Part shown: piece by piece, positions 27,025-36,620 of the stretch
Numbering within the stretch: the first letter of the stretch is position 1
Layout: each line of letters opens with the position of its first letter
IMG/VR virus record: IMGVR_UViG_3300027969_000042
Coordinates: 96,001-160,000 of that record
Length of the DNA: 64,000 nt
Reading direction: 5' to 3' (one strand)
DNA from: a virus
Notes under the pieces: model-generated
Database searches by the model: none
Seen by the model: only the letters and a program-made list of their open reading frames with translations
What the model was told of the DNA's origin: nothing
Program-made: the position numbers and the translations under genes

Positions 27025-28638
27025 TTACAAATTAATTTTTATTATCTTATATGGGTATTTTCTTTTATTATAAAATCCCTCTCTTTCTTTAAAATGTCTA
27101 TAAAGTATATTAGACATATCATTTGGATTGAATATATCAACTAAATCAAAGATGTTTACTTTATCTTTGTCAGTGTGTAAACGAAGTCCACGACCAATAC
27201 TTTGAATAATAATCTGCTCTGATTTGAATGAGTCAGTAAATATAACATTGAAAATAGCATTTATACTCACACCGGTAGAAAGTGTTCCAAAAGAAGCTAC
27301 AAGTACTTTAACTTTATCAGAAGTTACCTCCATCAATTTTTTAATCTCTTCTCTTTTCCTACCACTTATCTCACCATCAATATAATAGAATTCTTTATCT
27401 GGTAATTCATCTTTTAATTTCTGAAATATTCTTTGTCCATTTTCAATAGTGTGAAATAATAATAAAGTATTATTAGTACACTTTTCAACAATCTTTCTAA
27501 TAAAGACTAATCTTTTCTCAGATTGATGAGCATAAGCTTTCTCTAAATCAAATGCTGCCTTACCATCACCACTCTTTCTTATCAATTTCAATCTTTCATG
27601 AAACTCTAAGTCATTATGGTTCATTATAACGGCCTTTATTTCCATTGGAGTAATAATACCCTTCTTCTTTAATTCATCCGCAGAAACCTCTGTTATTTTA
27701 GGTCCTAAAACGGCCTGTATATTAAGTATCTCACAAGTATCATCTGTCGGAAAAGTACCAGATACTCCAAATCGACAATAAGCATGTGTAAATGTACTTT
27801 CTAGAATAGATGAAATTGTTTTTGCTTTGGCGCCGTGGGCTTCATCGGTCGCAATTGTATGAAATTGTTGAAAGAATTTTTTAGGCCACTTCTCTAAAGA
27901 TTGATAAGTACCAATATAAACATTAGGATTTTCTGTACCAGAAAACTTTCTTGGTCTGTCAGACATTACTTCTTCTACTCTAACAGTACAAGGTATATGT
28001 CCATTATTTAGATCTTCAAATTTATCAATTTTACTTTCTCTCATTTGCAGAAGGTTATTCAAACCATAGTTATACTCTATAATATTATCATAAAACTGTG
28101 TAACTAAAGTAATTGAAGGAACGATTATTAGAAATTTTGCATCTGGATCAGTATGTTTTAAAGTATAAAACATAACTATTGATATGATGAGTGACTTACC
28201 ACCTGAAGTTGCTACTTCTGCCATACAAAATCTATTCTTTAAAATTTTATAAGCCGCTTCAATTTGATGGTCGTATGGCATAAAAGGAACTATTTCACCA
28301 TCTTTCTTCATTTTATGAGTTTTGAAGAAGTCTTTACAGAAGTCTTGAACTTTTTCTAAAGTAACATCTCTATTGATTGGAAAATCTTCTTTATTTTCAA
28401 CTATAAAAGGAGCATCAATTTCTTTACAACCTCGCATAGCTTCTTTCCACAAACCTAAGTTTATTTTACCATCTCTAAAGTAAGATTTTTTACCATCCCA
28501 TACTCCCATTTTCACCGCTGGTTGGTATCTCCAACCTTTGACATGACGAGTTAACCACAGTGATAACTGATGATATTCAACTCTACTTGCTTCTGTGACT
28601 ACTAACTCTTCTTTATCTTTATCATATCTAAGTTTCAT
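27025..28638 (-). CDS. uvsW: UvsW-like SF2 DNA helicase
   Basis: ATSGGKS (Walker A), TDEAH, GVSGT, TLSTGVSI and QSIGRGLR motifs. Likely start MKLRY at 28638. Confidence 0.9.
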   Translation of the reverse strand: MKLRYDKDKEELVVTEASRVEYHQLSLWLTRHVKGWRYQPAVKMGVWDGKKSYFRDGKINLGLWKEAMRGCKEIDAPFIVENKEDFPINRDVTLEKVQDFCKDFFKTHKMKKDGEIVPFMPYDHQIEAAYKILKNRFCMAEVATSGGKSLIISIVMFYTLKHTDPDAKFLIIVPSITLVTQFYDNIIEYNYGLNNLLQMRESKIDKFEDLNNGHIPCTVRVEEVMSDRPRKFSGTENPNVYIGTYQSLEKWPKKFFQQFHTIATDEAHGAKAKTISSILESTFTHAYCRFGVSGTFPTDDTCEILNIQAVLGPKITEVSADELKKKGIITPMEIKAVIMNHNDLEFHERLKLIRKSGDGKAAFDLEKAYAHQSEKRLVFIRKIVEKCTNNTLLLFHTIENGQRIFQKLKDELPDKEFYYIDGEISGRKREEIKKLMEVTSDKVKVLVASFGTLSTGVSINAIFNVIFTDSFKSEQIIIQSIGRGLRLHTDKDKVNIFDLVDIFNPNDMSNILYRHFKEREGFYNKRKYPYKIIKINL

Positions 28639-28761
28639 CTCATTATTATATATAAAAACCTTGTGTTTGTTTAGTTTATGAAGCATTTGTCGTTTTTTTG
28701 GGGTTTTTTACAAAGGGGAAAGAGTAAATTGAATATATAATAAAAAAATAAATTAAATATT

Positions 28762-29073
28762 ATGGGATTATTCAAATTCTTAAAAGGAATTTTTGGAGCA
28801 AAAGAGACAGAAACTTGTCCAACTCCAGAAGTAAAAGTACCAGTTGTAAAAGCTGAGGAAATTAAAAAAGAAGTAGTAAAAGAAGTACCGGTACAAGCTG
28901 TGGAAACTAAAGTAACTGCTAAAGAGATTAAAGCAAAAAGAACACCTGCTATTAAGAAAACTGAAGAGGTTAAAGTAGAAGAGGTTTCAACAGAAGTTGT
29001 TGCTGAGAAAAAAGCTAAACCACGTAGAAGAAGAAAGCCAAAAGCTAAACCAGAAAACGGAGATCAAGCATAA
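28762..29073 (+). CDS. Lys/Glu-rich small protein with basic C-terminus
   Basis: KKAKPRRRRKPKAKP tail; followed by a terminator. Confidence 0.75.
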   Translation: MGLFKFLKGIFGAKETETCPTPEVKVPVVKAEEIKKEVVKEVPVQAVETKVTAKEIKAKRTPAIKKTEEVKVEEVSTEVVAEKKAKPRRRRKPKAKPENGDQA

Positions 29074-29075
29074 TT

Positions 29076-29105
29076 AAAAAACCACTCATATGAGTGGTTT
29101 TTTTT
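29076..29105. terminator. Bidirectional intrinsic terminator
   Basis: AAAAAACCACTCA-TA-TGAGTGGTTTTTTTT. Confidence 0.85.
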
Positions 29106-29107
29106 AT

Positions 29108-29569
29108 TTAAAAGAATCCTATATTATTATCCAATAAATCATCTATTTTCTTTTCACGCTTAATCGCTTTTAAACGTAGATCATCTTCAAATTTATACAA
29201 TCTTATATTATATCTTTTACTATTAGGATCATAAGTCAAATCATAAAATCCAATAACTTCAGTATCTTTTAAATAACCAATAACACTTTGTGCTAAATCA
29301 TCTAATGTAGAGTTTTGTGATGTCGCCACACTATAGGTATTTTGCAAAACTTGACTACCTACAATTTTACTAAGAACACCATTAGGTGCATTTAAAATTT
29401 TAGTTGTTCTATCAGAAATCTTTTCAAAGAATGATTTAAGTTCAGAATCCGAAATTTCATTTTTTGGAAATAAAGTATTACTCACACTAAATACACTAAA
29501 CTTATGTTTTACGTCAGCTACTAACTTTTGAACTTTTTCATCATCCGATAGAAATGTTATATCTTCCAT
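29108..29569 (-). CDS. Hypothetical protein (C-terminal REKKIDDLL motif)
   Basis: 153-aa ORF downstream of clpP. Confidence 0.75.
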   Translation of the reverse strand: MEDITFLSDDEKVQKLVADVKHKFSVFSVSNTLFPKNEISDSELKSFFEKISDRTTKILNAPNGVLSKIVGSQVLQNTYSVATSQNSTLDDLAQSVIGYLKDTEVIGFYDLTYDPNSKRYNIRLYKFEDDLRLKAIKREKKIDDLLDNNIGFF

Positions 29570-29574
29570 TCATA

Positions 29575-30234
29575 TTATTTTCTTTTTAATATTATCTCAT
29601 CGATAATTCCATACTTTTTTGCATCTGGTGCAGTCATCCAATAATCTCTATCACCATCTTTAGCAACTTTATCAAAAGCTTGTCCAGATTTATCAGAAAT
29701 TATTTCATAAAGTTCTTTTTTCAAAGAGTTTATCTCTTTTACTTCAATCTCTAAATCAGATGCTTGTTGATATCCAGCATATGATAATGGTTGATGTATC
29801 ATTGTTCTACTTCTTTTAAGAGCCATTCTTTTACCTTTTGTACCAGAACATAGAATTACCGCAGCCATTGATGCAGCAAGCCCCGTATTGATTGTAACAA
29901 TGTCTGGTTTAACAAAGTCCATTACATCAAGTAAACCTAATCCAGTATAAACTGAACCACCTGGAGAATCAATATAAATTGATATGTCATCATCACTTTC
30001 GGATTCTAAATAAAGAAGTTGTGCTTTGATTATGTTTGTAACATACTCATCAACTTCAGTAGATAAAAAGATAATCCTGTCATCTAATAACTTTGAGAAA
30101 ACATCAACAGACATACCATTATCCTCTAATAACATAGGAGTGCTGTTTTTTCTTTGTAAATGTTTAAAGTAATTGTCTTGAAAGGTACTTGAAATAGATT
30201 GACTTCGTAGAAATTTTTGTAAGTCGTTTTTCAT
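29575..30234 (-). CDS. clpP: ATP-dependent Clp protease proteolytic subunit
   Basis: DVFSKLLDDRIIFL, YIDSPGG, GLAASMAA (Ser), MIHQP (His) and DRDYWM (Asp). Confidence 0.95.
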   Translation of the reverse strand: MKNDLQKFLRSQSISSTFQDNYFKHLQRKNSTPMLLEDNGMSVDVFSKLLDDRIIFLSTEVDEYVTNIIKAQLLYLESESDDDISIYIDSPGGSVYTGLGLLDVMDFVKPDIVTINTGLAASMAAVILCSGTKGKRMALKRSRTMIHQPLSYAGYQQASDLEIEVKEINSLKKELYEIISDKSGQAFDKVAKDGDRDYWMTAPDAKKYGIIDEIILKRK

Positions 30235-30294
30235 TTATGGGTATTATTTTTTGTTTTTATTATAAAATAGAGTAAAAGTTTAATATATACTAAT

Positions 30295-30945
30295 ATGAAG
30301 TATTTAAAGATTTTTGAAACATTTGATAGAAATAATACACTATATGTATTCGACTTTGATGATACACTTGTAAACACACCAGAGTTTGAAGAGTTTGTTA
30401 TTGAATACTTAACAGAAGACGTTTCTATAAAAGAAATAGTTGATAAATCAACTGCAAGTATTGGAGTAAATAAGTCAGACTTAAAATGGCAAGATGGTAG
30501 AATTTATGTAGAAGATCCAGGTGAGAACATTGAAGTTAAAGGAAACTGGGTTAGAAAGGGTAAAAGGGTTTATCTTATGTCACCAGATATATTTGGTATG
30601 ACTGATTTAAGTTTACCAACTGAAGTATTAGAATTGGCAGAATTTTATAATTCAATTGAGAATAAATGTATAGTAACTGCTCGTTCAGAAAAGATTAGAG
30701 ATAAAATTGAAAAAGTTATGAAAGAGTTAGGATTAGAATATCCTAAATATGGACTTCATATGTATCCTTATGAAAATCACTATAATGCAGGTGGTTGGAA
30801 AGGTGAAAAGATTGTTGAACTGGTTGAGAAAACTGGATTTAATAAGGTTATATTTTACGATGATAATATAAAGTATTTAAAAGGTGCTACTAAAGTCATT
30901 AAGAATAAACTACCGAATCTTGATTACAAGTATGTAAAAGTGTAA
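30295..30945 (+). CDS. HAD-superfamily phosphatase
   Basis: YVFDFDDTL, IVTARS and FYDDN motifs; starts MKYLKIFETF. Confidence 0.8.
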   Translation: MKYLKIFETFDRNNTLYVFDFDDTLVNTPEFEEFVIEYLTEDVSIKEIVDKSTASIGVNKSDLKWQDGRIYVEDPGENIEVKGNWVRKGKRVYLMSPDIFGMTDLSLPTEVLELAEFYNSIENKCIVTARSEKIRDKIEKVMKELGLEYPKYGLHMYPYENHYNAGGWKGEKIVELVEKTGFNKVIFYDDNIKYLKGATKVIKNKLPNLDYKYVKV

Positions 30946-30992
30946 AAAAGAGGTTTAATAATTTAATATATAATAAAAAAATAATAACATAT

Positions 30993-31301
30993 ATGAAAAC
31001 TAAAGTTGAAGTACTTGGATATGAAATCGAAATTGAAGAAGTTGATGGTGTTGTAACTGTTAAAGCTGAATTAGATGGTGAAACAGTTGAGGAATTCACT
31101 CTTGAAACTCCTGAAGAAGGACAAGGTCAAGATGAAGAATCAGATGACGACGTTAAAGGATTTAAAGATTTTGATGGTCAAGACGAAGAAGAAGATTTCG
31201 GAGACGAAGAATCAGAAGGTCAAGAATCAGAAGAAGAAGATGAGGATGAAGACGAAGGTCAGACACTAGAATCTTTTCAATCTTTTTTCAATAAAAGATA
31301 A
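30993..31301 (+). CDS. Very acidic small protein (possible prohead-core type)
   Basis: About 40% D/E; C-terminal LESFQSFF; TTTAATATATA at 30962-30972. Confidence 0.7.
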   Translation: MKTKVEVLGYEIEIEEVDGVVTVKAELDGETVEEFTLETPEEGQGQDEESDDDVKGFKDFDGQDEEEDFGDEESEGQESEEEDEDEDEGQTLESFQSFFNKR

Positions 31302-31306
31302 ATAAG

Positions 31307-31332
31307 AAAGAGGATTTAGTCCTCTTTTTTTT
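31307..31332 (+). terminator. Intrinsic terminator
   Basis: AAAGAGGA-TTTAG-TCCTCTTTTTTTT. Confidence 0.8.
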
Positions 31333-31373
31333 ATAAATAAAATTTAATATATAATAAAAAATATTATAATACT

Positions 31374-32528
31374 ATGTTATTAAAATTTAATAATTTCATC
31401 AAAGAAAGTGTTTCTGGTAAAGGAACTTTACTTTTTTATGCATTTGATTGGGATGACAATATACTAAACATGCCAACTGAAATTATGGTACAAACCGAAG
31501 ATGGTGAAGAAGTTGGTATGAGTACCGCAGACTTTGCGGTTTATCGTTCTAAAATAGGAAAAGAAGATTTTGAATATGATGGGAAAACTATTGTTGGTTT
31601 AGACTATAATACAGCATTTAGAAACTTTAGAGATATTGAAGATCCAGAAATATTCAAAAAAGATGTTGCCAAAGCATTACAAATGGAGGCATTTGCACCT
31701 GCTTGGGAAGATTTTATTGAATGTTTAACTAATGGTTCTGTATTTGCTATTATTACTGCAAGAGGACACGAATCAGAAGGTATGAGAAAAGGTGTTGAAT
31801 ATATTATTGATAGTTTAGATCAACAAGATAAAGAGAAAATGCATGATAGTTTACTTATGTTCCTTCAACTTTTTGGTAAATCAAGAAATGAAGAAAGTTA
31901 TGAAAGTATTACAAATTTCTCTCAAAGTGAATTAGTTAAAAACTACTTAGATTTATGTCACTTTGTTGGTGTTTCTGCACCTTCAAGAGGTGGTTCACCT
32001 GCTAATCCAGAAGCAGCAAAAGAAGATGCTTTAAGAGAATTTATTACTGATGTAAATGGATATGCAGAAAAAATTGGATTTGTTGCAAAAGTTGGTTTCT
32101 CTGATGATGACCCAGGAAATGTTAAACATATGAAAGATGCTCTTTCGAGTGAAGACTTAGATCATGAAGAATTATGGCCATTCATTAAAGAGTTTATTAT
32201 TAAAGATACTAATAAACCCGAAAATGTAGTTAAGACTAATATACCAACAAGAAGAGTTAAATCATTTGGTGATTTTAATGAGAGTCAAAGTCAAACTACA
32301 GGACTACAAAGTTCTACTATTTCTATGCAACCAGAAACTAATCTAATGATTATGGCTGGTAAGACTGATGATTTCAGTGCAAATGGTGATGAAACTCGTC
32401 AAGATCCTTATGGTAATAGATTAAAAGCACAAGCAAGAAGATTAGGTAATCAAGAATGGTGTGCTTGTTGTGACAACTCAAAGGCCGAATGTGATTGTGG
32501 TGACGATTGTGACTGTGATCGTAAATAA
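31374..32528 (+). CDS. HAD-superfamily protein with Cys-rich C-terminus
   Basis: YAFDWDDNIL, IITARGH and GFSDDD motifs; ends WCACCDNSKAECDCGDDCDCDRK. Confidence 0.7.
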   Translation: MLLKFNNFIKESVSGKGTLLFYAFDWDDNILNMPTEIMVQTEDGEEVGMSTADFAVYRSKIGKEDFEYDGKTIVGLDYNTAFRNFRDIEDPEIFKKDVAKALQMEAFAPAWEDFIECLTNGSVFAIITARGHESEGMRKGVEYIIDSLDQQDKEKMHDSLLMFLQLFGKSRNEESYESITNFSQSELVKNYLDLCHFVGVSAPSRGGSPANPEAAKEDALREFITDVNGYAEKIGFVAKVGFSDDDPGNVKHMKDALSSEDLDHEELWPFIKEFIIKDTNKPENVVKTNIPTRRVKSFGDFNESQSQTTGLQSSTISMQPETNLMIMAGKTDDFSANGDETRQDPYGNRLKAQARRLGNQEWCACCDNSKAECDCGDDCDCDRK

Positions 32529-32530
32529 TA

Positions 32531-32561
32531 AAAAAAAATCCTCTTTTTAAGAGGATTTTTT
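32531..32561. terminator. Intrinsic terminator
   Basis: A-run-TCCTCTT-TTT-AAGAGGA-T-run. Confidence 0.8.
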
Positions 32562-32597
32562 ATTTAAACTTAGTAAGCTTTTTACAATATATTCTGT

Positions 32598-33794
32598 ATG
32601 GATAAAGTCTATATTAAAAATATTCTTCAAAAAATTCTTAACAAAGAGTTTGCAAATGTTCAAAAACGTAGAGTAAATGATTACTCAGACCGTTTGAACT
32701 TTGCTTGTCCATTTTGTGGAGATAGTCATCGAAATAACCATGCAAAACGTGGTAATCTTTATTTTAACCGATTAGTTTTTATTTGTTTCAATTGTGATAA
32801 GAAAACCACATTCGATAGAATGTGTAAAGAATTTAATGAACAAATTGATCCTGATAAGAAATTAGAAATGATTGAACACTTAGATTCAATTATGACTTAT
32901 AATGATTACCAAAGTGAATTTACTGATGCAAAATTTGATAACTTAATCGATTTAACTGATTTAGAAAAATCTATTGAACTAAATCTTACTCCATTTTCTG
33001 ACTTTAAGCCGATTCAAGTAAACGGTGGTATCTACAAGTACCTAATTGGTCGTGGTATAGAACCAGATAAACATAAAAATATCTACCAAGCAAAGTATTG
33101 GAAAAATGAAGATGAGTCTGAATGGATTATAATAATGCTTAATCGTAGAGATACTAAGTTGTTAGGAATGCAAGTTCGTAATCTTAAAGAAGGTCGAAAA
33201 AGAATGTTTAAAATCTATAATTATGAAAATATATTAGAGTGGGTAAATCTAGCTAAGGAAGAACCTAAACAAGTTGATATAAATGAGTTAGTTATTTATA
33301 ACAAGTTATCTTATTATTTTAATATACTTAATGTTGACTTCGATAGAATGATTACTGTTTTTGAAGGTTACTTAGATTCATTATTTTACCCTAACTCAAT
33401 TGGTTTAGTTGGGGTAAATACAGATTTTAGATTTTTAGAAAATAGTGGATTTGATCTACAATACTTTTTCGATAATGATGAGGCCGGATTTAAGAAGTCA
33501 GAAGAGAAGTTAAAAGAAGGATATACAGTATTCTTATGGAATAAATTATTTGAGAGTATTGTTGACCAAAAGAATTCTAATGATCCTTTTAGTTTATTAC
33601 ATAGAATTAGTAAAGTAAAAGATATAAATAAATTATGTCAACTAACACCAGATGCGTTTAAAAAGTTAAAACTTCCATTATTTTTCAGTAAAGATACGTT
33701 GGATGTAAAATGGATTCCTAAATTCAAACGTAAGAGAAATAATAAAGAAGAAGTTGATTATAATAAAAAATTTGAAGAATTTAAAAAATTATAA
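32598..33794 (+). CDS. DNA primase (T4 gp61-like)
   Basis: Zn finger ACPFCGDS..CFNC; TOPRIM VFEGYLDS and FFDNDEAG. Confidence 0.85.
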   Translation: MDKVYIKNILQKILNKEFANVQKRRVNDYSDRLNFACPFCGDSHRNNHAKRGNLYFNRLVFICFNCDKKTTFDRMCKEFNEQIDPDKKLEMIEHLDSIMTYNDYQSEFTDAKFDNLIDLTDLEKSIELNLTPFSDFKPIQVNGGIYKYLIGRGIEPDKHKNIYQAKYWKNEDESEWIIIMLNRRDTKLLGMQVRNLKEGRKRMFKIYNYENILEWVNLAKEEPKQVDINELVIYNKLSYYFNILNVDFDRMITVFEGYLDSLFYPNSIGLVGVNTDFRFLENSGFDLQYFFDNDEAGFKKSEEKLKEGYTVFLWNKLFESIVDQKNSNDPFSLLHRISKVKDINKLCQLTPDAFKKLKLPLFFSKDTLDVKWIPKFKRKRNNKEEVDYNKKFEEFKKL

Positions 33795-33854
33795 GCTATT
33801 TTATTTATTTTTTTGTGTTTTTTGTTTTAATATATAAAATAAAAAAGACTTATT

Positions 33855-34178
33855 ATGGCAGAACAAGTTAAAAAGAAGTTAGGATTCTTTGGAAGTATCA
33901 AATGGTTCTTCACAGAGATTATGAAAATCTATTCCACACAAGATTCTTACTTTTCTAAAAAAAGAGTTGAGTCAGGTATTGGATTTGTAATTGCAGAGTG
34001 GGGAATGATATTTTTCCTATTAAGCAAATTTGAAACAATGACTATGATTGAGTTTGGTGGATGGGCTTCTATTCAGTTTCTTGTAGCAGGTTATATGGTT
34101 AGCCAAATACAAAGCGAAAAGAAAGCATCAGACGTTAGTAATTCAGCAGATGCAACGGTTGAGGAAAATCAACAGTAA
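33855..34178 (+). CDS. Small membrane protein (two hydrophobic helices)
   Basis: GIGFVIAEWGMIFFLL and FGGWASIQFLVAGYMV; TTTAATATATA at 33826-33836. Confidence 0.7.
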   Translation: MAEQVKKKLGFFGSIKWFFTEIMKIYSTQDSYFSKKRVESGIGFVIAEWGMIFFLLSKFETMTMIEFGGWASIQFLVAGYMVSQIQSEKKASDVSNSADATVEENQQ

Positions 34179-34181
34179 AAC

Positions 34182-34209
34182 AAAAACCACTCAAATGAGT
34201 GGTTTTTTT
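34182..34209. terminator. Bidirectional intrinsic terminator
   Basis: AAAAACCACTCA-AA-TGAGTGGTTTTTTT. Confidence 0.85.
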
Positions 34210-34224
34210 ATATCTATTAAAATA

Positions 34225-34767
34225 TTATTTTAATCTTCTTTCTCTTCTTGAGAATTTATAACTTTTAGCTTCAAATTCAGGATCAATTCTGTCTTCTTCT
34301 TCTAATCTAGGAGCAACTCTTTCAGAACCACCTTGTAAATAAGAAACAACTTGATCAACTGTATCAAATTTCTTTCTATCAACGTGGAACTTTTCAGTTT
34401 CAGAAGGAAAAATAATTTCTTTTCCATCAAATTCTAATTTGTTGTTTTGAACTGCATCCGATTCTAATCCTAATGCTTGTGCCAATTCTTTTAATCTACT
34501 AGAATAAACATCTTCTTGTTCTTCTTCTTCACCACCTTCAAACTCTTGTTCAAATGGATTATTTTTAGCCAATGGATTATCTTGTTCACTTGGAACATCA
34601 TCTGGGATAACACCTGGTCTAGTTGGTCTAGGAGCAGTAGGTCTATCTGTATCTGGTCTAGATGGAGTTTCCGTTTCTCTTCTTGTAGGTGCAGGAGCTT
34701 GTTCAGGTCCAGCAGTAAACTCTTCATTTATTTTGTCATCTACGAATTGATTATACTTTTTAATCAT
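34225..34767 (-). CDS. Hypothetical Pro/Glu-rich protein with capsid-targeting-like N-terminus
   Basis: Starts MIKKYNQFVDDKINEE; contains a PAPTRRETETPSRP tract. Confidence 0.8.
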   Translation of the reverse strand: MIKKYNQFVDDKINEEFTAGPEQAPAPTRRETETPSRPDTDRPTAPRPTRPGVIPDDVPSEQDNPLAKNNPFEQEFEGGEEEEQEDVYSSRLKELAQALGLESDAVQNNKLEFDGKEIIFPSETEKFHVDRKKFDTVDQVVSYLQGGSERVAPRLEEEDRIDPEFEAKSYKFSRRERRLK

Positions 34768-34815
34768 ATCAAATAATTATTTTTTTATTATATATTAAAT
34801 TTAAAATACCTGTTT

Positions 34816-35289
34816 TTACTCTAATTCTTGAACCACATAGTCTATAAAGCTATCTAATTCATATTCTAATCCACCACAAAACTCAAAAACATCATATTCC
34901 ACTACTTTACCCTTATCATTTACAACTTTTAAAAAATCAAGTGAATAAGCACCGGTATTATAAAGTATTATTTTACCTTTTAAGTTTCCTTCTATTGTTT
35001 TATGTGATTTTTCTAAATCTGGTACATATAAAGTACCAATATATTCAATACCATCTTCTTCATACTTTATATCATCTAATTCAAATTTAAAGTAATCATC
35101 CTCAAAAATAGTATCAGTACTTAAAATCCTCATCTTAGTTTTAACTGCTTCTTCATCACCTAAAGAAACTGCGTCTAAAAAGTCTTTTTCATGTATAGTC
35201 AAAGATATTATGCCATACTTAGATATTTTATCCAGTAATTCATCAGTCTTTTCTTGACCGGAAAATTCTTCTGTTACTATACTTTTCAT
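34816..35289 (-). CDS. Hypothetical protein with N-terminal DUF6576-like motif
   Basis: DELLDKISKYGIISLTIHEKDFL. Confidence 0.7.
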   Translation of the reverse strand: MKSIVTEEFSGQEKTDELLDKISKYGIISLTIHEKDFLDAVSLGDEEAVKTKMRILSTDTIFEDDYFKFELDDIKYEEDGIEYIGTLYVPDLEKSHKTIEGNLKGKIILYNTGAYSLDFLKVVNDKGKVVEYDVFEFCGGLEYELDSFIDYVVQELE

Positions 35290-35304
35290 ACAACTATATA
35301 TTGT

Positions 35305-35511
35305 TTATATATCATTAAAAAGATCATCAATCCTCTTATCTCGCTTAAATTGAAGGGAGAAGTCTTTATCATTTTCAAATCTATACTTAAAATCATTAAA
35401 AGCACTTTCACTAATTCTTAGTAGAGAAAATGAACCTCTACTTAATTTACCTTCCGTAAGTCTGTTATCTAAATGTTTTAGATAATATGGATATATTTCA
35501 TCTTCTTTCAT
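35305..35511 (-). CDS. Small hypothetical protein (C-terminal RDKRIDDLF)
   Basis: 68-aa ORF co-oriented with its neighbours. Confidence 0.65.
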   Translation of the reverse strand: MKEDEIYPYYLKHLDNRLTEGKLSRGSFSLLRISESAFNDFKYRFENDKDFSLQFKRDKRIDDLFNDI

Positions 35512-35542
35512 ATTTTATATATTATTTTTTTATATATACATT

Positions 35543-36271
35543 ATGAAATGGATAAAATTAAATGAAAGCTCCTTAAAATTAGGGAACGTAATGACTAAGA
35601 AATATGGTGAATTTAACTCAATAGATTGGTTAAATGGTAAAATCAAGGAATATATCCAAGAGGTATATGAGCCATTTGGTTTTAAATATGGAGTGAATCA
35701 AGATTTAAACATAGAAGGTCAGATTATAAGTAGCGAATATATCAGTAAAATGGTAAATAACTATACGGTATTCAAATCAATAATTAGAGAAAACTCTATT
35801 AGAACAGAAGCCGCATTCTATCACTATATGACTAATAATATGAAAGAGATATATCACTGGAAAGGTAGATACTTTAAACGTATTACTTTACCTGTTTTAA
35901 TCAATACCTCCAGAAGAGGAAATGTAGGAGAACAAGATTCTTTAAGATTTTTTAAACAATCTTTACAAGAAAAGAAAGGAATATCAGTAAACTTTATTAC
36001 ACCAACAGTTGAAGAAGATATTTCTGGAATTGATGGAAAATTTATTTACTTAGGTAAAGAAGTAACTATTCAAGTTAAACCTTATGATAAAGCAGTTATT
36101 AGCGAATCAACAAGAAAAGTGAAAGTTCACTCACAAGGATCATTATCGTTGAATACAGACTACCTAATACTTTATAAAGGACAATCATTTATTATTGTAA
36201 GAGGTAAAGATGTTACAATAGAAGGAAATTTCTTCACATTTCAAGAAGATAAAGTAGTAGCAAAAACATAA
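35543..36271 (+). CDS. PD-(D/E)XK restriction-endonuclease-like protein
   Basis: GNVGE...EEDISGIDG...TIQVKP arrangement; starts MKWIKLNES. Confidence 0.6.
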   Translation: MKWIKLNESSLKLGNVMTKKYGEFNSIDWLNGKIKEYIQEVYEPFGFKYGVNQDLNIEGQIISSEYISKMVNNYTVFKSIIRENSIRTEAAFYHYMTNNMKEIYHWKGRYFKRITLPVLINTSRRGNVGEQDSLRFFKQSLQEKKGISVNFITPTVEEDISGIDGKFIYLGKEVTIQVKPYDKAVISESTRKVKVHSQGSLSLNTDYLILYKGQSFIIVRGKDVTIEGNFFTFQEDKVVAKT

Positions 36272-36278
36272 AGTATAT

Positions 36279-36590
36279 ATGAAAAGAATTGATACATTTA
36301 ATAAGTTTAATGAAAGTGAAGACAATAAAAGGTTTGTAGGTCCTAATGGAGAGTTTCAACCTACTGAACAACCAAAAGAAGGAACTACTACTATAAAATT
36401 TATGGAAGAACTACTTGAATGGATATATTATCATGATAGCATGCCTTTTGAAGAAAAAATGAAATTCATAACTGGTATTGAAGAGCAGATACAATTACTT
36501 CTAAATGGTGATGGAGGTGGTGCACCATTTGGCATGCCAATCAATTATATACCAACTTGGTCAACAAAACTAAAAAAAGATTTAAAATAA
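36279..36590 (+). CDS. Hypothetical protein with capsid-targeting-like N-terminus
   Basis: Starts MKRIDTFNKFNES. Confidence 0.75.
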   Translation: MKRIDTFNKFNESEDNKRFVGPNGEFQPTEQPKEGTTTIKFMEELLEWIYYHDSMPFEEKMKFITGIEEQIQLLLNGDGGGAPFGMPINYIPTWSTKLKKDLK

Positions 36591-36619
36591 AAATCCTCTC
36601 AATATTGAGAGGATTTTTT
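36589..36619. terminator. Bidirectional intrinsic terminator
   Basis: AAAAATCCTCTCAA-TA-TTGAGAGGATTTTTT. Confidence 0.85.
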
Positions 36620-36620
36620 A

